Source: a virus
Length of the DNA: 64,000 nucleotides
Virus record (IMG/VR): IMGVR_UViG_3300025121_000023
Coordinates: 1-64,000 of that record
Strand: one strand, 5' to 3'
The notes beneath the pieces were generated by a model. The model worked only from the letters and a program-made list of their open reading frames with translations, searched no databases and was not told where the DNA came from. Made by a program: the position numbers and the translations under genes. The first letter of the stretch is position 1. Each line of letters starts with the position of its first letter. Positions 40,517-51,665 of this stretch are shown here, one piece after another.

Positions 40517-40909
40517 TTAATATACTATCCAATTATTATTTAAATATTTAATTTTGTTATTATCATATACTTTATTAATCAATTTAAAATGATCAGAATA
40601 TGAAAATTCTAATAATGCTTTATTTAATCTTACAAGTGTTCTATATCTTTCATCTTCATTTCTAAATACATATGATGATACTCTATTACTATTATTATAA
40701 GATGGTATTGTAAGTCTAGTTGGAGTTATTAACGTTAAATATGAGCTTTTTGTAAAAGTAAATATTTGTTCTTTACTATAAAAAAATGAATCATCAACAC
40801 AACTCAATATATTAGGATGAACTTTGACAAATTTTAATTTTATACTTTTTTGACCGATAAGTTTTATTCTTAAAATCATTTTAATATTTTTATATTCACT
40901 ACCAATCAT
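40517..40909 (-). CDS. hypothetical protein, 'ERY' family
   Basis: YVFRNEDERYRTL...NNWIVY. Confidence 0.7.
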   Translation of the reverse strand: MIGSEYKNIKMILRIKLIGQKSIKLKFVKVHPNILSCVDDSFFYSKEQIFTFTKSSYLTLITPTRLTIPSYNNSNRVSSYVFRNEDERYRTLVRLNKALLEFSYSDHFKLINKVYDNNKIKYLNNNWIVY

Positions 40910-40924
40910 ATCACTTATTTATAA

Positions 40925-41260
40925 TTATTTTAAATTATCAATTTTTTTAAAATCTTTTTCATCAACTTCACTTGACCAAACACTATGTAAATACCAAAAA
41001 GGTTTACATAAATGAATTATATTATCACATTTATCATCCATAAAAAATATTTCTTTTTTTACTAGACTTTCAACAACTTTTTCGGATTTATTTTTAGATA
41101 TTTGTATTTTATCAGCAATGTCAACAATACTTATATTACTTGTTCCAGGATCACCATATAATTCAGATATTAAGGCAAATAGAACTTCTTTTTCTATTTT
41201 AGATATTTCTAATGATTTTATATAAGGTTTACTTATATTTCCGTCGTATCCTATTGGCAT
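40925..41260 (-). CDS. winged-HTH protein
   Basis: EK.VL..LI..LY..PG, DIADKIQIS...SLVKK, FWYLH. Confidence 0.65.
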   Translation of the reverse strand: MPIGYDGNISKPYIKSLEISKIEKEVLFALISELYGDPGTSNISIVDIADKIQISKNKSEKVVESLVKKEIFFMDDKCDNIIHLCKPFWYLHSVWSSEVDEKDFKKIDNLK

Positions 41261-41263
41261 AAT

Positions 41264-41560
41264 TTATAAATTTGTAATTATTATTTTATCTTCTTCTATC
41301 ATTTCATTTTTCCATTCTGGATGCAAATACCAAAAAGAATTATTTAAATATATGCAATCTTGATATTCATTTTCACCCACTACTATTACTTCTTTTTTAC
41401 ATAACGAACCAATTACACCTTTAACTTGATTATTAGACATATCTAATTCATTAGCTATTTCTTTAACACCTACATCACTAAATCCAGGTTCAGCATATAA
41501 ATTATTAATTAAAGAAAATAATATCTTTTTTTCTAAATCAGTTAATGTTATGTTTTTCAT
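41264..41560 (-). CDS. winged-HTH protein (paralogue of 40925)
   Basis: LTDLEKKIL, EIANELDMS..QVKGVIGSLCKK, FWYLH. Confidence 0.7.
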   Translation of the reverse strand: MKNITLTDLEKKILFSLINNLYAEPGFSDVGVKEIANELDMSNNQVKGVIGSLCKKEVIVVGENEYQDCIYLNNSFWYLHPEWKNEMIEEDKIIITNL

Positions 41561-42668
41561 TATAAATTATCTATTTGATTTTGTATATTTTTTAATTTTT
41601 CTATAAATTCATTTAATACGTCATATATTAGTTGATATGCATCTTTATTAACTTTCATTAATTCTTTAACTTTTTCTATTTCTTTATATTTTGCTTCTAA
41701 TGAAGTGTGTATATAAAGTCCTAAATCGTTTTTTCTTTTTCTGTTTTGAAATTTAGTATTATAGAAATGTTTACAATATTCTAAACAATTACTTGGTAAA
41801 ATAAATTCATTAAACTTATGTCCAAGATATAATCTACTACAAAAATCAGAATGACTATTTGATGTTATTTGCGTTCCTTCTTGTTCAAGAAGATTATATT
41901 TTTCTTTTAATTTTAAAAATTTAACACTATAATTTTGTTGTCTATTATAAGCAAGTCCAACATGTATTTCTTTAACAGGATAAGGAGTATAATTAGAAAG
42001 TTTGTATATGACATAAACTTTATCAGTTATTCTATAAAAATATAATGGTTTGGTTCTCATAATTTAAATATTTTTATTGTGATTGTCTTATTTCGGTTTG
42101 AAAAATAGTTTCTAATTCTGGTACAGGTGCGCCGTTATTTAACATTCCATTATCGTCACCCCATCCCATCGGCTTACTATAATATTCCAACGGTCCGCCA
42201 ATTCTATGATCATCTGGATAAGTATTCCAACTAATTGTATGAAAATCTGTATACATAATACATTCTTTTCTTATATAATCTATTCCATTATGATTGATTA
42301 TATCAATCCATTCTGTTTTGAAATATTCTATACCGTTTCTTATCATAATTATATAGTTTCTAGTTCTTGTAATTGTTTATTAAATTCATAATATTTATCA
42401 ATTGCTTCTTTAGATTGAATAATAGATACTGTTAAAAATCCTTTTTTAATTCCACCTATTCCAAAATACTTTAATCTTGGAATTTCCCAATATCCTTCTG
42501 CGCCAACTGGAATATAACTATTTCTTACAATTTCAAATCCTCTATATTCAATAACTCTGTCATAAGCTTTAATTTCAGTACGTCTTGAACCTTCGTAACG
42601 ATCAAAATCTTTAAGTTTTTCTATGTTTTTAAGATCAAATCTTTTTATCATATCTGTATAATTTGATA

Positions 42669-42699
42669 CAAAGATACGAAAAATTATTTATTTGACAAA
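42669..42699 (-). promoter_or_regulatory. Bacteroidota primary-sigma promoter
   Basis: TTTG-N19-TATCTTTG. Confidence 0.75.
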
Positions 42700-43206
42700 A
42701 TTTTAATTTTTTTAGTTCTTAAACATTGTGAACAATATAAATAATTTTTTTCTGTTATATACCAACCATCAGGTATTGGAATAGAATTATTAAATATATC
42801 TATTTCACTAATATGTTTAAAATCAGCAAAATTTTCAAATAAAACAATAATATTACAATTATCACATACAACTGATCTTAAATTAAATCCCATTGTTATT
42901 AATATTTTTAATTACATGATTTAATTTTTTTCTTCTAAAATATTCATCACTATAAATATATATATTGAATGTTTTACCATCTTCTATTTCTATAAAGTCT
43001 GATATATATAAATTAAATTTTTTAAATAGCTCTACCTTGAATGCATCAAATTTTAATAAATCCATAGAATTACCTAAAATAAATACTGATATACATCTAA
43101 ATTCAGTATCTGTTATAAAATGAGTTTTAACAATATATTTAGTTTTTTCAATATGATCATTTATTAATTTATTTATATCATATATAATATATTCTATATC
43201 CATAAA

Positions 43207-43743
43207 TTATTCAAATTTAATATATTCAGAAGGAATATAATCAGTTAACCAAACTTTATTTTCTGAAATGTAAAACTTATAACCGTCTTGATACATTTTT
43301 TCAGTATCAATAATTAATATAATAGGTTCTTCATTTTTAGAATGTCTTAAACCAACATTACGTGCTGTAGATTTATTATCAGACAAATGAATATATTTTC
43401 TACTCATCTTCTTTAATCCTTTAAGATAAATGTCTTTAATATTTTCTTTTTTTGTACCATGAAATAAAATTTTTGGAGGAATAGATTCCGGAAAATCTAT
43501 ATTAACAAATTCTAAAGAATGTCCTTGATTCGCTCTTATTTTTGAACCATCTTCGTTATAAACAAATCTTTGTTTATCATTCGTTAAAACTATTTCATTT
43601 AATGTTAATTTATCTATTTTTAATTTAATTAGTAATGTTTTTACATCAACCCAACCCTGGGCATCCATTTCTAAATTTTCGTTATTGTGTCGTAATAAGT
43701 AAGATATCTTTCTTCCTATATTTAATAAATTTTGTTCTTTCAT
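43207..43743 (-). CDS. kptA: RNA 2'-phosphotransferase (Tpt1/KptA)
   Basis: SYLLRH, NDKQRF, IRANQGHS, FHGT, MSRKYIHLS, ENKVWLT. Confidence 0.93.
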   Translation of the reverse strand: MKEQNLLNIGRKISYLLRHNNENLEMDAQGWVDVKTLLIKLKIDKLTLNEIVLTNDKQRFVYNEDGSKIRANQGHSLEFVNIDFPESIPPKILFHGTKKENIKDIYLKGLKKMSRKYIHLSDNKSTARNVGLRHSKNEEPIILIIDTEKMYQDGYKFYISENKVWLTDYIPSEYIKFE

Positions 43744-43756
43744 AATGCAAATTTAA

Positions 43757-44416
43757 TTAAAATTTTTCTAATTCAACTTTGAAATCTTTTATATTCAGGT
43801 TGTTATTTGAATTGTCATATGTTTCTTCATCTAATATTTCTGTCCATTCTGAACCTAAATTTTTTATTCTTTGTATAACTCTTTTGGAATCATACATTAT
43901 TCCATTTGGGTAAATTTTATATTTTTTGTTTTGGCAATGTATAATAGAATTAGGTTTACTTTCATATAAATTTTTACCGTTAAAAAATACTCCACTCGAT
44001 GATAAATCTACATTTACTAATAAATTAAAAAATGCTTTAATCATTCTATCTTGTCTTAGTTTTTCATCTTTACAAAATGGTATATATGGTGTTATAAGTT
44101 GAACAATGTGACTATTTTTATTAATATAATTTAAAGGTTGAAAAATAAATTTAATATCTTTATACATTTTATATATATGTGGATTAAAAAAAGGTATTTG
44201 TCTATATCCTTGTCTTTCAAGAATAATCATAGCAGCTTTTTTAGATTGTGGTAAACATAATATATCAACATCATTTATTTTATAAGGTTGTCCAGAAATA
44301 ATATCTCTTAATGCACCACCAAATACTACTAAATAATCGGTACAAAAAAATAAATAAGAACTATTAAATTCTAAATATTCATCTAAATTTTTTTGTATAA
44401 ATTCTGTAGTTATCAT
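43757..44416 (-). CDS. nucleotidyltransferase (polyA polymerase/CCA head-like)
   Basis: VFGGALRD...DVDI. Confidence 0.7.
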   Translation of the reverse strand: MITTEFIQKNLDEYLEFNSSYLFFCTDYLVVFGGALRDIISGQPYKINDVDILCLPQSKKAAMIILERQGYRQIPFFNPHIYKMYKDIKFIFQPLNYINKNSHIVQLITPYIPFCKDEKLRQDRMIKAFFNLLVNVDLSSSGVFFNGKNLYESKPNSIIHCQNKKYKIYPNGIMYDSKRVIQRIKNLGSEWTEILDEETYDNSNNNLNIKDFKVELEKF

Positions 44417-44886
44417 TTATTTATTAATTTATCAATTTTTAATCTTCGTAAATAACCTGACATAAAGTCATCTTTATTAATGATATTATCATCTATATGA
44501 ATTATACATTCCATCTTAGGTTTACAAATATTTATGTATCCTGTTCCTAATTTACAAGCATCGTAATAATCTCTATCGTCTATTAGTTTTTCTTTATTAG
44601 GGCAATTTTTTTTACAAAATTCTTCTAATTTATATTTTTCTTGTCTTTTAATATGTAAAACTTTGGATTCTCGATGTGTTATATTCAATGATATATCAGT
44701 ACATTGAATATTTTTAACAACTATATCATTTTCGATATCTTTCATTATATAACCATAACCATCTTCTCCATCAATTATAAATAAATGACCTTTTGTAAAT
44801 ATACCGTAAGATATTCCAATATCTTTTAATAATATTACAACATCATTTTTTTTATATGTATTTAGATAATCATTAGGAATAAACAT
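44413..44886 (-). CDS. hypothetical protein with RxxKIxxL tag
   Basis: Cys cluster; YLRRLKIDKLINK. Confidence 0.6.
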   Translation of the reverse strand: MFIPNDYLNTYKKNDVVILLKDIGISYGIFTKGHLFIIDGEDGYGYIMKDIENDIVVKNIQCTDISLNITHRESKVLHIKRQEKYKLEEFCKKNCPNKEKLIDDRDYYDACKLGTGYINICKPKMECIIHIDDNIINKDDFMSGYLRRLKIDKLINK

Positions 44887-45296
44887 TATTTTAAATTTTT
44901 AATAATTATATTTATTTTCTTTTTGCGTAAATAATTAAGTTTAAATTTCTGATAATCTTTAGGTTTAGGTGTTCCCCAAAAATGACCATCTTCTTCAAAT
45001 ATAATTTTATCAATATTAAATTTAACTTCATTTTCTAAAAAAGCTTTCATATCAAAATTATCCATAAATGTATATAAATGTAGTGAAATTTCATCTTCAA
45101 TTACATTCCAATCTTCATAGTATTCATATAAAAATACATCAAAATCTTTACTATTTTTTATAGATTCTTTATCAACTTTTTTAGCAATTTCAATATGATT
45201 TTTAATCATATCTATTTGTAAATCAGTTAAATATTCTTTTAAAATAATAAAACTACTTGAACTACTATTACTTACAAATCCACTTCTAATTTTCAT
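44886..45296 (-). CDS. MKIRxGFVSNSSSSSF-leader protein
   Basis: N-terminal MKIRSGFVSNSSSSSFII; C-terminal YLRKKKINII. Confidence 0.7.
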   Translation of the reverse strand: MKIRSGFVSNSSSSSFIILKEYLTDLQIDMIKNHIEIAKKVDKESIKNSKDFDVFLYEYYEDWNVIEDEISLHLYTFMDNFDMKAFLENEVKFNIDKIIFEEDGHFWGTPKPKDYQKFKLNYLRKKKINIIIKNLK

Positions 45297-46571
45297 TTTT
45301 TTCTTCTATTGTAAAATATTCTTGTATAGAATCATCTTCTAATATCAAATATGATTGCATTGTTAAATAATTCCAGGAAAATTTTTCTGTTTCTCGTTTA
45401 GTATCTTCCATGCAAAGATGTTCATCATCTTCTGTATATTTTAATTTATAATTTATTTTCATATTTTTATATATTTATTTAATGGTTGTTAACTTTTACT
45501 ATAGTTATTTTATCTAATCAATTTGTCTTTTTATTCTTAGTTTAGCTGATTCGGAATTTATTGGTAATAATTTATATTTTATATCTACCATGAAATTGTT
45601 GAACGATATTCATCGTCATCTATTTTGTATCCACGTTCGATAAGAATATTATAAATAGCTGGAAATCGGGATATTAAAATATAAAAACAAGTATATGAAA
45701 AATGACCTTCATCCGCTCTTGATTTAATATTGTTAATTATGGATTTAAAATAGAATTTTTCTAATTTTTTTTGCACAATTGGTTGTTTTTTTTCTGCCAA
45801 TTTTCTTGCTTCTTTTGCATTCATTATTCAAAAATTTTATTAGTTAATAATTCGTATGTATCTTTTAAGTCATTAATATCATTTAATGTTTTAATATATT
45901 CAGTATCACCATATACTTCATAAAATGATGAAAGTATACATAATTTTTGATAAAATTTAACTTCATATTCAAAATATCCATCATACCAAGTATTTTCATC
46001 ATATTTAAAAAATGTATTTTGATTATTTAATTCTATTTTTTTTAACATCGATTTTTTATTTTTTTATTATAGAAATTATTAAATTTACCACCCCAAACAG
46101 TGTTCTTTTCTATTTAAATATTTTGAATATAAATCTAAAATTTCATTTAATTCGTTTTCATCTATGCCTTTGTCTAATAATTTATTTTTGAACATTAAAT
46201 ATTTATATTCTTCAGGATACATAGTTTTTTCAAATTGTTCTCCAGTTGATTTTTCAACAATAACTCTTAAAAACCCATATTTTGTGGGGGTTTTAAGTTC
46301 TTTTTCACCTTCTAATATTTTTATTATTTTCATAAATATAAAATGCTTAATGTTGATATTAATAACGTTAAACTAATTGATAATAATACACTTATTACAA
46401 TAATTTTATCAATTTGTTTATTAAAATAATATTCTGAATTATCTGTTTTAATTTCTTTTTTAATTGTATTTATTGACTTATTGTACAACAATATTGTTAA
46501 TATCATGATTATTATACTTATTGATACTATGAAAATCATAATTTATATTTTTTGGTTAAAATTATCACTTA

Positions 46572-46602
46572 CAAATATAGTAAATAAAAATTATTTTTCA
46601 AA
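46572..46602 (-). promoter_or_regulatory. Bacteroidota primary-sigma promoter
   Basis: TTTG-N19-TATATTTG. Confidence 0.7.
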
Positions 46603-46609
46603 ATATTAT

Positions 46610-47887
46610 TCATCTATATTTTTCTTTTAATATTATTTTACCGTTTATTTTTTCGGTTTTTTCTTCTAACTCTGAATTAGGAATCCAACCATGAAAATCA
46701 TCATTCTTATTAATATATGTGCAGTCATCTTTAAGTCTATATTTATCACCATTTCTCCAATCACGTGTTCCAACACTACAATATATAAAATTAGTATCGA
46801 TATCTGATATCCATCTTTTATAAAAATCTGACCATTTAGCATTTGATGTACCACCACCAGCATCATTTAATAATATATCTTCACCATTTTCACCATTTTT
46901 ATAATTAGACAATTTATTTAATGTGTAATTATAATATTTTAATGTATCTAAATACGGGAAATATGTATGTGGTTTTATTCCTATAACTTCTAAACGCGGA
47001 TATTTATCTTTTAAACCTTTTCCACTAATTTCATTTTCTCCTGTACTTTGATGTTTTTTCCAAAACCAATCATTTTGTTTAGCATATTCAATAAATAAAT
47101 CGATTATGTGTGGTTTTTGATAATAAATTCTATCTAAAAAAAATCTTCCATTAAATTGACCACTAAGTTCCCAAACTAATGCCCTAGCTACTATTCTTTC
47201 TCTATTTTCATTTTCAAATAAAATTAATAATCGAACTTTAGGTGAATTTATAGCATAAAATTCTAAGTAATCATTGCAACCATAAGACATACATGACTGA
47301 TTTAATACTGTTTTATTACCGTTAAGTGCATAATGTTTTTGATCATACCACTTTATTATATCTTTACCTGATACTATTTCAAATAAATTATCTGTATTAT
47401 TTAACATTAAAGTATAATTAGATTTATAAAGATTAACAAAAGTTTCAATAGAGTCATATGATCCATTATCTGGGAATCTATCTTTATATAATTTTTTAAC
47501 TAATTTTCCAATTTTCATTTTTGATCTATATTTATCCCATAATTTATTTTTATCATCACGAATAATTTCATAAAAATCTTCGTCATATATTGTTTTAGTT
47601 TTATCTTCATTTTCATAATAATTATTAATATAATCAATTAATTTTGGCGAACTAGTAAAACTAATCATATCATTTTCATCGGTTATATCAATTAAAGTAA
47701 ATGGTTGATTAGAATATGTAGAAATTATCATTCTACTAGCAATTGGATGATCAATACTTTCAATTAAATATCTAAATTTAGCACTAAAAACAAGTTGTAA
47801 ATTTCCTGTATTATTAACCAATAATTCAAATAATTTATCTATGATAAATTCGTTATGTGTTTTTATTAATTTCATTATATTTGTCAA
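46610..47887 (-). CDS. 'SCM/DRIY' family protein
   Basis: HPIA, KIGKL, SCM, FYAINSP.VRL, ARALVW, DRIYY, FPYLDTL. Confidence 0.75.
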   Translation of the reverse strand: MTNIMKLIKTHNEFIIDKLFELLVNNTGNLQLVFSAKFRYLIESIDHPIASRMIISTYSNQPFTLIDITDENDMISFTSSPKLIDYINNYYENEDKTKTIYDEDFYEIIRDDKNKLWDKYRSKMKIGKLVKKLYKDRFPDNGSYDSIETFVNLYKSNYTLMLNNTDNLFEIVSGKDIIKWYDQKHYALNGNKTVLNQSCMSYGCNDYLEFYAINSPKVRLLILFENENRERIVARALVWELSGQFNGRFFLDRIYYQKPHIIDLFIEYAKQNDWFWKKHQSTGENEISGKGLKDKYPRLEVIGIKPHTYFPYLDTLKYYNYTLNKLSNYKNGENGEDILLNDAGGGTSNAKWSDFYKRWISDIDTNFIYCSVGTRDWRNGDKYRLKDDCTYINKNDDFHGWIPNSELEEKTEKINGKIILKEKYR

Positions 47888-49430
47888 TATCTTCTTTTTT
47901 TACATCATTAAAGTAATAATCACCTTTATATTTATAATAATCATCAGTTGGATCATCCTCATAACTAACTATAAATTTTTGTTTACTATAATCTTTATAG
48001 ATTTTAATATGATTTTTTATATCTACATAAGTAAACAATCTATCTGAATATATACTATCTTCTATTTTAAGCCATTCGTCTGAGAAATTATTATAAACCC
48101 AACCATGATATGGATGTAATCTAACTTTTAATACCCAATCTTTATATTTTTCTATATATTCTGATTCGTTTTTTTGTATCCAAGAATCATGATATTTTGA
48201 TTTAACAAAATATTTATCTATATTATCTTTATGTGTATATCTATGATTAATACTAATATGAACTGCATCTATTTTTTTAATCCATTCATTATTTATAAAA
48301 TCTATAATCCATTCTTTATCAGTCGTTACAAAAACTTGGTTATATCTCTTAGAATATCTTATATTACTTTGACCATATGTATCCCATAATGGTGTATATT
48401 TATTAGATTGTATATGGTTATTATTGTTTGTTAATATCCCGTCATATGGATTATAATTATATAATGTATCTAGAAATGGAAATTGTAATTCATCTGGTTT
48501 AGGGCATTTAATACCTTTAACGACCATTTTAATTTCTACTGATTTATCTTTTTCATAACCATATATAGGACAATCTTCATCACTATTTTGTCTACTTTTA
48601 TGTAAATATCCATTTGATTTAATATATGATAAAAATTTAATTAAATGATTATTTGAATTATAATATATTCTATCTACAAAATATTTATTTTTAACTTGTT
48701 TATCATTTATTTCAGAAAGTTTCCATATTAAAGCTCTACCATCTATTTTACTTTTATCTTTTTCATTATGTAAAATTATCAGTCGTACTGTAGGTGAATT
48801 TATAGCATAAAATTTTAAAAATCCACTACACATAGCTTTATTCATACAAGAATTTGTTAATGGTGTATTTATATCAAAATATGCAATTTGATTTTTATTA
48901 TAATAATGCACAATATCATCACCTTGTACTATTTCGAATAAATCATAATCTTTTGTTAATACAGTGGCATACATGTCCATAAATGATTGTATATCATTAT
49001 CTGGATATCCGTTTGGTTTAAATTCATTAGGAAATAATTTATTTATTAATTTACCTATTTTTATTTTTATTTTATATTTTTTTAATTCATTTTCATAGAA
49101 ATTGATATAGCTTTTAATAGTATAATTATTATAATTATTAATTTTATTAATATCATTGTGTATAATATCTATAATTTTATTAGATGTAATAAAAGATAAT
49201 TTATCTTTTTCGTCATAAATAACATCTAACATCGTTTCTTTTTTATATTCTTCTTCTTTTGATGTTTTTAATAATTTATATGCAATTGGATGTATTATTT
49301 CTTTTAAAATTGCTTTTAAATTATCTGATAAATAAAAAGGTAAAGCACCATCTTTTATTGATAAATCATCAGAATAATATTCTAATATTTTATCTATTCT
49401 ATAATCATCAAAATATTTTATTATTTTCAT
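47853..49430 (-). CDS. 'SCM/DRIY' family protein
   Basis: tandem paralogue of 46610. Confidence 0.75.
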   Translation of the reverse strand: MKIIKYFDDYRIDKILEYYSDDLSIKDGALPFYLSDNLKAILKEIIHPIAYKLLKTSKEEEYKKETMLDVIYDEKDKLSFITSNKIIDIIHNDINKINNYNNYTIKSYINFYENELKKYKIKIKIGKLINKLFPNEFKPNGYPDNDIQSFMDMYATVLTKDYDLFEIVQGDDIVHYYNKNQIAYFDINTPLTNSCMNKAMCSGFLKFYAINSPTVRLIILHNEKDKSKIDGRALIWKLSEINDKQVKNKYFVDRIYYNSNNHLIKFLSYIKSNGYLHKSRQNSDEDCPIYGYEKDKSVEIKMVVKGIKCPKPDELQFPFLDTLYNYNPYDGILTNNNNHIQSNKYTPLWDTYGQSNIRYSKRYNQVFVTTDKEWIIDFINNEWIKKIDAVHISINHRYTHKDNIDKYFVKSKYHDSWIQKNESEYIEKYKDWVLKVRLHPYHGWVYNNFSDEWLKIEDSIYSDRLFTYVDIKNHIKIYKDYSKQKFIVSYEDDPTDDYYKYKGDYYFNDVKKEDIDKYNEINKNT

Positions 49431-49468
49431 TAATGAAATTCATTTTTTTTTATATTATAAATTATTTT

Positions 49469-50905
49469 TTAGTCACTTGTTTTTACTCTTGGTACCATTT
49501 GTTTTGCAACTTCTGCACCTAATAAATCATATAATATTGATGTTTCGTTTGCTTGTCCTTTTTTACCTTCTCCACCAGCTTGATTAATAAATACTTCTGG
49601 CCATTTTGTATTTGCTAAGTTTTTAGAAACAGCATTTTGAATATCAAATGTCCATTTCATTTTTTCTTGAGGTGTTAAACCAGCACTTACAAGTTTTTGA
49701 TTTTCATAAGCTTGTGCGTCAGCAGCAACTTTTTTAGATTTTGCATCAATAACTGCTTTATCAAATAGTGTTTTTGATTCAGTTAAAGCGAATATGGCAA
49801 CTTTAGCATTTGTTTCCGCAGTAATAGTTTTTTCTATTTGTAGTTTTTCTAATCTAGCTTGTTCTCCTGCTTTATTAGCTTCACCTTCTTCATATAAACG
49901 TTTTCTATTATATACCGCTTTTTCTGCCATTTGTTTTTCTAATTGTGTAGCAGCAACTTGCTCTTTTTGTTTATCTAAACGTTCATCAAATTTATCTTCC
50001 CAATCAATTTTATTAACAACGGCAAGAATAACTTTTAATCCATATACATCTCTTAATGATTCACCAGTTCTAACAGGTTCTAAAACTCCTTGTGAATTTT
50101 TAGCATATTTAATTTTATATTTTTTTCTTTCTCCGTTAGAATTATCATTTACTGTTCGTGTTTTACCAAGTTTACCAATAGTATCAGCATCTTGATGATT
50201 TGACACTTCTTCTAATTCATACATACCATTTTCTAATTGATCTGCAAATGCTCTATCAAATTCAGCAGAAGCACCAGCAATATAATCTTGAGCTGACATA
50301 AGTTTAGCAGTATTTTTTAAAACAGCATCTCTAAATGGTATAATACGAGAATATACAAGATTACGTTCAGAACGATTATCTGTTGCAACTTTTAAGAATT
50401 TAGATTCGTGTTCAATGTTTATACTAATAACAACTGTATTAGCTACATCACCTTTTACAGCATCATTAAATTCTCGTTCAGTAGATTTAACAATATAAGT
50501 ATATTCTGATTCTTGTTTTATTTCTGTTTCAGGTAAAACATCTTTAATAGATATTTGATGTGAAATATCAATCAATCTACCCCACCATTTTGTTTTAATA
50601 CCTTGTGACATAACAGGTTTAGCAGTACCCCATAAGTATTGAACAGCATAAGCTTTTCCAGGTTGTGCATAAAAGAAAGCACCAGGTATTGCTAGAACAA
50701 ACAATCCAATTAGAAATATACCTAGTGATTTTTTCCAAGTAAAATTTAACAAAAAATCAGGAGATTTGCGAGCTACTAATTTATTAATCATTTGATTGTT
50801 TCTACCTAAAGATTGTTGTACAACATCTTCTCGATGTAAAAAGGGTTTCATAACTAATGTTGCAATAGATAAAAGCAACAAAATAATTCCAATAAGTGTA
50901 ATCAT
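49469..50905 (-). CDS. SPFH/band-7-like membrane protein with coiled coil
   Basis: N-terminal TMs, SPFH-like core, Ala/Glu/Lys coiled coil, AGLTPQE. Confidence 0.7.
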   Translation of the reverse strand: MITLIGIILLLLSIATLVMKPFLHREDVVQQSLGRNNQMINKLVARKSPDFLLNFTWKKSLGIFLIGLFVLAIPGAFFYAQPGKAYAVQYLWGTAKPVMSQGIKTKWWGRLIDISHQISIKDVLPETEIKQESEYTYIVKSTEREFNDAVKGDVANTVVISINIEHESKFLKVATDNRSERNLVYSRIIPFRDAVLKNTAKLMSAQDYIAGASAEFDRAFADQLENGMYELEEVSNHQDADTIGKLGKTRTVNDNSNGERKKYKIKYAKNSQGVLEPVRTGESLRDVYGLKVILAVVNKIDWEDKFDERLDKQKEQVAATQLEKQMAEKAVYNRKRLYEEGEANKAGEQARLEKLQIEKTITAETNAKVAIFALTESKTLFDKAVIDAKSKKVAADAQAYENQKLVSAGLTPQEKMKWTFDIQNAVSKNLANTKWPEVFINQAGGEGKKGQANETSILYDLLGAEVAKQMVPRVKTSD

Positions 50906-51014
50906 AATTTTTATTTGTTTTTAATTAATACTAATTTAATGTTTTTTATTTTATAATTTAATAGATATTAATCTATTAAGGAGAATCTTTATTTCTATAT
51001 TTTTTCGGCATATA

Positions 51015-51377
51015 TTAATGTTTAAATTTATTAAAATTGGCAATTCTTTGTATTTGTTCACCAGTAAAACCAGCTTTTACTAATGCTTTTCTAAATGGTT
51101 TCCATACATTTTGTATTTGTGGTTCACCATTAGAAAAACCAGTATAATCAAATGTTCCCCATCGTTGAACTACAGCTTTAGTTCTTCTGACTAATTTTTC
51201 ATTATCCTGAATTAATTTAGCCATTGATGTAGCACTTGATTCAAATGGTGATCCATTTCCAAAAGAAGTACTTTTTTGCCAAGCTAACCCTTCAGCTCTT
51301 TCAATATCTTTATTAGTTGGCACCAAAATATCAACATCTATATCACAAGCTTTAAGCTTTACTTTTGTTGTAGACAT
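51015..51377 (-). CDS. hypothetical protein
   Basis: 120 aa; MAKLIQDNEKLVRR resembles KMLNLSLKNENGELVAKMIKDKNKAIAR of 54534. Confidence 0.6.
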   Translation of the reverse strand: MSTTKVKLKACDIDVDILVPTNKDIERAEGLAWQKSTSFGNGSPFESSATSMAKLIQDNEKLVRRTKAVVQRWGTFDYTGFSNGEPQIQNVWKPFRKALVKAGFTGEQIQRIANFNKFKH

Positions 51378-51381
51378 AATT

Positions 51382-51662
51382 TTAATATTTAAGTTGTTCT
51401 ATTTTCTTTTGAATATGTTTTATTTTTTTTGCTTTATTTCTATAAAAATCAGATACATATTGTTTATAAAACCTTTGTTCATCTGAATTATTTGATATAG
51501 CTAAATAAGATATATGATTAGGTATTTCCTCATCTTGTGTATTATAAAGTTGTTTTTTATAATACTTTATTGATTTACGTAATCTCCAATAACGTTTTGT
51601 AAATACTTTATTGATTTACGTAATCTCCAATAACGTTTTGTAAATATTCTAAATATTTTCAT
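51382..51662 (-). pseudogene. small gene frameshifted by a 41-bp tandem duplication
   Basis: 51561-51601 repeated at 51602-51642; removing one copy restores MKIFRIFTKRYW...IEQLKY. Confidence 0.65.
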
Positions 51663-51665
51663 TTT

